Positions 59,789-64,000 of a stretch of 64,000 nt of DNA are shown one piece after another. The notes beneath the pieces are model-generated. The model did not search any database and was not told the origin of the DNA. It saw nothing but the letters and a program-made list of their open reading frames with translations. A program made the translations under genes and the position numbers. This DNA comes from Gemmatimonadota bacterium (GTDB lineage Bacteria; Gemmatimonadota; Gemmatimonadetes; Palauibacterales; KS3-K002). Numbering within the stretch: position 1 is the stretch's first letter; every line of letters begins with the position of its first letter. The stretch covers positions 3,007-67,006 of the forward strand of contig JBDHJU010000029.1 of NCBI GenBank assembly GCA_039586755.1, given 5' to 3'.

Positions 59789-60478
59789 ATGAGAGAAATA
59801 AAGTTGTTACTCCGTGCCCCGCTCGAGTACCGCTACGGTACGCTCTTCATGTCGCTGCTCCTGCTGTTGTCAGTCCCAGCGCTTCTCCCGGAACGCCTGG
59901 AGATGCTCGGAACGTCGATCGTCTTCACTTTGGTTTTGTCGGCGGGTGTTGGAGCAGTCGCACAGACCAAACGCACGTTCCGTGTGGCGTTGATGATCGC
60001 CGCACCGGCGTTGCTCTTGTTCTGGGTCGGCCCCGGCCTTGGTACACAAGTGCCGGTGTTCCTGGGCGACATCCTGCTGGCGGGGTTTCTGGTCTACGCC
60101 GCTGCGACGATCCTCAACCGTGTTCTGCATGCGGATGAAGTCGATGCCGAGACCATTTACGGCGCTGTCTGCGTTTACTTCCTGGCCGCGGCGTTTTGGG
60201 GGGTGCTATTCGTCCTGGTGGAGTTCGTGGCGCCGGGGTCTTTCAATCTGCCTGATTCCGTGAACTTCACGGGTGGTAGCCGGTTCGATTCAGGCCCGAT
60301 GATGTATTACAGCTTCGTCACTATCACGACGCTGGGATATGGTGACATCACACCCGCCACGGAGTTAACGCGCCTGCTGGCTCTGCTCGAGGCCGTGCTG
60401 GGACAACTCTACCTGGTGATCTTGATCGCACGGCTTGTCGGCCTGTACACGGTGCGCGGGCCTGCGGCAAGAGAGTAG
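59789..60478 (+). CDS. Potassium channel family protein (pore-loop ion channel)
   Basis: Selectivity filter TITTLGYGDI, with flanking TM helices. About 229 aa. Confidence 0.8.
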   Translation: MREIKLLLRAPLEYRYGTLFMSLLLLLSVPALLPERLEMLGTSIVFTLVLSAGVGAVAQTKRTFRVALMIAAPALLLFWVGPGLGTQVPVFLGDILLAGFLVYAAATILNRVLHADEVDAETIYGAVCVYFLAAAFWGVLFVLVEFVAPGSFNLPDSVNFTGGSRFDSGPMMYYSFVTITTLGYGDITPATELTRLLALLEAVLGQLYLVILIARLVGLYTVRGPAARE

Positions 60479-60587
60479 TGGAGGGGGAGATTCGCGCTGC
60501 CGGCGGCTTCTGGGGACGTTCGATCTGGGTCACGTCGGTCCTAGTTCTCTTCGCTGAGCGGCGAACTCGCTGAGCGGACTGCCAACG

Positions 60588-61367
60588 TCAGAGTTCGAGG
60601 CGTTTGAAGATCGGCTCGGGGATGTTTCGGATCACGAACATGATGAGGCGCCAGATCCGGGGAACATAGATAACGGAACTTTTCTTCCTCACAGCCCTGA
60701 TGATGGCGCGTGCGACGGCCGCGGGCTCGGCGGCCATGCCTGGCTTCACCGCGCCGTACGTCATGCGCGTATCGATAAACCCCGGCTTCACCGTCAGCAC
60801 GTGGACGCCCGACTTGTGGAGCCGGTTGCGTAGCCCCTGGAGATAGAGCGAGAAGCCGCCCTTGGCCGAACCGTACGTGTAGATGCTTCCCCGGCCGCGG
60901 TCGCCCGACACCGACGAGATCCCGACGATAAACCCGCTCTTCTTCCGCTCGAAGTAAGGGACGAGGTGCGTCAGCACACTGACGGCCCCCACGTAGTTTG
61001 CCGCTATGATCTCGTGCGCCTGATCGAAGTCGGTCGCGGCGCGCTCCGCGTCGCCCAGCACCCCGAAGGCGACCACGACTCCGGCCAGCGCGTCCCCCGT
61101 CTCACCTGTGACGGCCTCCACGAACCGCTCGTGATCGTCGGTGTCCAGCGCATCGAACCTGTCCGCGCCGGCCCGCACACCGTGTCGGATCGAGATGTCC
61201 GCCGCGACCCGCTCCACTTCCGTAAGGTCCCTGCCCGCCAGGATCAGGTCGTAGCCGGCGTCGGCGAAGGCGGCGGCCGTCGCCCGCGCGATCATCGATG
61301 TGGCACCGAGGATCAGAACGGTCTCGGCCCCGTTCGATTCGGGCGGCCTTGCCTCCCGGTGGCTCAT
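60588..61367 (-). CDS. DprE2-like short-chain dehydrogenase/reductase (decaprenylphosphoryl-2-keto-ribose reductase homolog)
   Basis: MSHREARPPESNGAETVLILGATSMIARATAAAF...YTYGSAKGG...C-terminus IWRLIMFVIRNIPEPIFKRLEL. This parallels the M. tuberculosis DprE2 C-terminus (...VLRHIPRSIFRKLPI). The ATG overlaps the upstream stop as ATGA. Confidence 0.8.
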   Translation of the reverse strand: MSHREARPPESNGAETVLILGATSMIARATAAAFADAGYDLILAGRDLTEVERVAADISIRHGVRAGADRFDALDTDDHERFVEAVTGETGDALAGVVVAFGVLGDAERAATDFDQAHEIIAANYVGAVSVLTHLVPYFERKKSGFIVGISSVSGDRGRGSIYTYGSAKGGFSLYLQGLRNRLHKSGVHVLTVKPGFIDTRMTYGAVKPGMAAEPAAVARAIIRAVRKKSSVIYVPRIWRLIMFVIRNIPEPIFKRLEL

Positions 61368-62710
61368 GGCACGAGCTCCAGTCGCCGGGCCAGGTCGGAC
61401 GTCAGGCGGCGGTCGGGATCGACGCGTGCCTTGAGCTCGAGCCACGCATCCAGACCCTTGTACATCTCGCGCACCGCGCCGGCCGCCAGCCGGGCGTCCT
61501 TGCCGAGGTAGATCCGGCCGCCCGCCGCGCTGACGACCCGATCGACCTCGTTTAAGAAATCGAACACGCCTGCGTCCCGACACGGAAGGTCCGCCGCCAG
61601 GGTATAACCTGGCATCGGGAACGACAGGGCGCTGGACGCTTCGCCGGGCCCGAACCGCTTGAGCACGGCCAGGAACATCCCGTACCTCGACTTGGTGAAC
61701 AACTCGAGTACCTCGATCAACGCCTCGCGGCCGCCCTCATATGGGACGGCGAACTGATACTGCAGGAATCCCTTCTTCCCGTAGAGGCGGTTCCAGTTGG
61801 ACAGTCGATCGAGCGGGAAGAAGAAGGATTCGTAGTGTGTAAGCACGTCCCGCGCCTTTCGCGGGTGCTTCCTATAGTAGACCGTGTTGAACGCGCTTAC
61901 CGACAGTCTGTTGAGCAGGAAGCCGGGAAACACGTCGGGTAAGGAGAACGAGCTACTCGAGTGGCGGCTCAGGTCGGTAGCGGGTCCGGCGGCGGCCGGG
62001 TTGCCTCGCATCAGCACCGATCGACCCAGCGAGCGACCGCCGACGATGCCGTCGAGCCAGGCCACCGAGTACTTGTAGTTCTCGTCGGATTCGTGGAATA
62101 GCTCGATCGCCTTGTCGATGTTCTCGGCGCGGTCATAGTCCACCGACACATACGAGCTTTCCAAAGGGATCAGCTTGATACGTAGGTCGGTCACGATGCC
62201 CGTCAAACCCAGGCCACCGACCGTCGCCCAGAATAGGTCGGCGTGCTTCTCGCGGCTACAGAGAACCAGCTCACCTGACGGGGTCAGGAGCCGGAAGTCC
62301 GTCACGTGCCGGCTCAGCGAGCCGTCTTTGTGATGGTTCTTGCCGTGTACGTCGCAGGCCAGGGCGCCGCCCATCGTGACGTACTTGGTGCCGGGCACGA
62401 CCGGCAGGAAGAAACCTCGCGGTACGAGGACCGAGAGTATCTCGTCCACGGTAACTCCCGCCTCGCAGTCGAGAACCCCGCTCTCGGCGTCGAAGGCCAC
62501 GAACCGATTCAAACGTTCGGTCAAGATCGTGTAGCCGGCGCTGTTGAATGCAGCGTCTCCGTAGCTCCTGCCGAGGCCGCGCGCGACGAGCGACGCGCCC
62601 TCCGACAGGCATTCGCGAAGGTCGCTCAATCGTTCGGGCCGGCACACCTCCGTCGTTCCGCTGGGATATCGACCCCAACCCGACAGTCGTTTTTCTATCG
62701 AGCCCGTCAT
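61364..62710 (-). CDS. DprE1-like FAD-dependent oxidase (decaprenylphosphoryl-beta-D-ribose 2'-oxidase homolog)
   Basis: MTGSIEKRLSGWGRYP...ARGLGRSYGDAAFN...PGTKYVTMGGALACDVHGKNHH...FWATVGGLGLTGI...C-terminus RVDPDRRLTSDLARRLEL. Matches the DprE1 motifs and order (GWGR, GRSYGD, CDxHGKNHH, ...DMARRLELL). Confidence 0.85.
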   Translation of the reverse strand: MTGSIEKRLSGWGRYPSGTTEVCRPERLSDLRECLSEGASLVARGLGRSYGDAAFNSAGYTILTERLNRFVAFDAESGVLDCEAGVTVDEILSVLVPRGFFLPVVPGTKYVTMGGALACDVHGKNHHKDGSLSRHVTDFRLLTPSGELVLCSREKHADLFWATVGGLGLTGIVTDLRIKLIPLESSYVSVDYDRAENIDKAIELFHESDENYKYSVAWLDGIVGGRSLGRSVLMRGNPAAAGPATDLSRHSSSSFSLPDVFPGFLLNRLSVSAFNTVYYRKHPRKARDVLTHYESFFFPLDRLSNWNRLYGKKGFLQYQFAVPYEGGREALIEVLELFTKSRYGMFLAVLKRFGPGEASSALSFPMPGYTLAADLPCRDAGVFDFLNEVDRVVSAAGGRIYLGKDARLAAGAVREMYKGLDAWLELKARVDPDRRLTSDLARRLELVP

Positions 62711-62712
62711 GG

Positions 62713-64000
62713 TCAACTAGCTATCCAGACTACGGCCAGAAACACTGCCGCCACCACGTAGGTGATCGGGTCCTTGAGGGCGAAGGCGACCGGGTCCTCC
62801 TGTAGGGTGCCGCGGTCGGCGAACAGCCAGAGGCGCAGGTTCCAGTAGAGAAACAGAGGTAGCCCTATCCAGAGCAGGTCGGGATTCGCGTAGAGACGCG
62901 TCACGTCGTCGCCGGTGATGTAGAGACAATAGACGAGCGCGCTGGCGGCGGCTGCTGCGACTCCCATGGCGCTCAGGGTCGGCAGGTCCTCGGGCCGATA
63001 CCCGCGGCCCGCGATCTTCGTCGCGTTCCTGGCGGCGGCTCCGCGCAACTCCAACGCTCGCTTCGCCAGCGCCAGCGAGAGGAACAGGAAGATCGAGAAC
63101 GCGAGGAACCACCTGGACAGCGGCACCTCGACCAGGACGGCGCCGGCGACGATGCGCACGGTGTAGAGCGTCGCCAGCGTGATGACGTCGATGGCCAGAT
63201 GCTGCTTCAGGCTGAGCGAGTAGGCGTACGTGATGACGAGATAGGCGGCGAGCACGCCGGCGAACCTGGGTGAGAGTTGCCAGGCCACGACGGCCGCCGC
63301 CGCGACTAACAACAGGCCCACGACCAGGGCCGCCGGGATCGAGATCTCACCCGCTGCGAGCGGGCGATGCCGCTTTCGCGGGTGCGCCCGGTCGCTCGCC
63401 AGGTCCGCCAGGTCGTTGAACAGGTAGACGGCCGAAGCAGTCGCCGAGAAGGCGGCGAAGCCGGCTAGCAGCTGAACGGCGAGTCCGACGCTGGGACCCA
63501 GGTGAGCGGCCAGCGCAGGAACGAACAGCAGCGCGTTCTTCGCCCAATGGTGAGGGCGGAGCTGTCGCAGCCAGAGTCGCCAGGTCGAAGTCCGTATGCT
63601 GTGGATGATGATGTCGGGTCTCGAACGCACCGCTTTCCGCAGCGTGAGCGGGCCCGCGTTTACCGCTATAGGCCGCCGAGCCGCCTTCCACAGGGGCAGG
63701 TCGGCCATGCCGTTACCGGCGTAATCGAACTCGTCGAAGTGTTCCTGGATCAGTGCGAGCTTACGGGGCCCTTTCAGGTTCGTGGCTCCGTCGCTCCCCC
63801 AGGCCAGATCGGCTCCCACCCGATCCTTGAGGTCCTCGACCTGAGATTCGTGGGCGGCCGACGCGAGAACCACCTTCGCGCCCGCCGCGCGAGCGTTGTC
63901 GATCAGCTCGAGCGTCGCCGGCTCGATCGGTAGGTCATCGATGTTGACAGCGCTCTCACGCGCCAGGAATGCCTTGAGCGATGGTCGGCCGCGTGACAGG
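62713..64000 (-). CDS. HAD-IB phosphatase domain fused to UbiA-family prenyltransferase (decaprenyl-phosphate phosphoribosyltransferase-like); N-terminus beyond window
   Basis: The ORF is open to the window end. The upstream part reads ...LKAFLARESAVNIDDLPIEPATLELIDNARAAGAKVVLASAAHESQVEDL...YAGNGMADLPLWKAA, HAD motifs II-IV. It is followed by the UbiA TM domain, ...LYLFNDLADLASDRAHPRKRHRPLAAGEI..., with the Asp-rich prenyltransferase motif. HAD motif I (DxD) is presumably upstream of the window. Confidence 0.8.
   Translation of the reverse strand, partial: LSRGRPSLKAFLARESAVNIDDLPIEPATLELIDNARAAGAKVVLASAAHESQVEDLKDRVGADLAWGSDGATNLKGPRKLALIQEHFDEFDYAGNGMADLPLWKAARRPIAVNAGPLTLRKAVRSRPDIIIHSIRTSTWRLWLRQLRPHHWAKNALLFVPALAAHLGPSVGLAVQLLAGFAAFSATASAVYLFNDLADLASDRAHPRKRHRPLAAGEISIPAALVVGLLLVAAAAVVAWQLSPRFAGVLAAYLVITYAYSLSLKQHLAIDVITLATLYTVRIVAGAVLVEVPLSRWFLAFSIFLFLSLALAKRALELRGAAARNATKIAGRGYRPEDLPTLSAMGVAAAAASALVYCLYITGDDVTRLYANPDLLWIGLPLFLYWNLRLWLFADRGTLQEDPVAFALKDPITYVVAAVFLAVVWIAS

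Overview
This is a high-GC (about 65-70%) bacterial chromosomal window. It is rich in eukaryotic-like Ser/Thr kinases with TPR or transmembrane sensor modules, and carries an ADOP-type FtsX permease and a fused transaldolase/phosphoglucose-isomerase. By inference this gene content fits a Gemmatimonadota/Acidobacteriota-like lineage.

The core content is:
- A carbohydrate block, tkt, tal-pgi fusion, gnd, zwf, glk, fbp, pgl and fbaB, at 40.6-52.0 kb.
- proS, cspA and rpsU.
- An ADOP permease, the AmmeMemoRadiSam radical-SAM enzyme amrS, pepD, a GH15 glycosidase and an Fpg/Nei glycosylase.
- Two tandem CrtI-like FAD oxidoreductases with a GcvT-family gene.
- A DprE1/DprE2/UbiA decaprenylphosphoryl-arabinose-like cluster at the 3' end, whose UbiA carries an N-terminal HAD phosphatase fusion.

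Small lower-GC accessory islets are interspersed:
- A 2-gene module at 13.07-14.17 kb: a 2-TM protein followed by a protein built of an internal tandem 72-aa repeat.
- An island at 31.8-35.9 kb: DUF2188, then a patatin-like phospholipase with a multi-TM C-terminus tightly coupled to a secreted/lipoprotein-like protein and a small cytosolic protein, then DoxX.
- A patch with a frameshifted remnant and a small orphan ORF at 2.76-3.7 kb.
- A knottin-like cysteine-rich secreted peptide at 52.06-52.31 kb.

Other notable items:
- A membrane-anchored SARP/BTAD transcription-factor module fused to a degenerate pseudokinase domain.
- A 9-heme c-type cytochrome lipoprotein with a Big_2 Ig-like domain.
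- Two arrays of heptanucleotide tandem repeats in the gnd-zwf intergenic spacer.
- A promoter-to-terminator unit of about 330 nt upstream of the cytochrome gene with no convincing ORF.

No CRISPR arrays, rRNA, tRNA, transposases or integrases were recognised.
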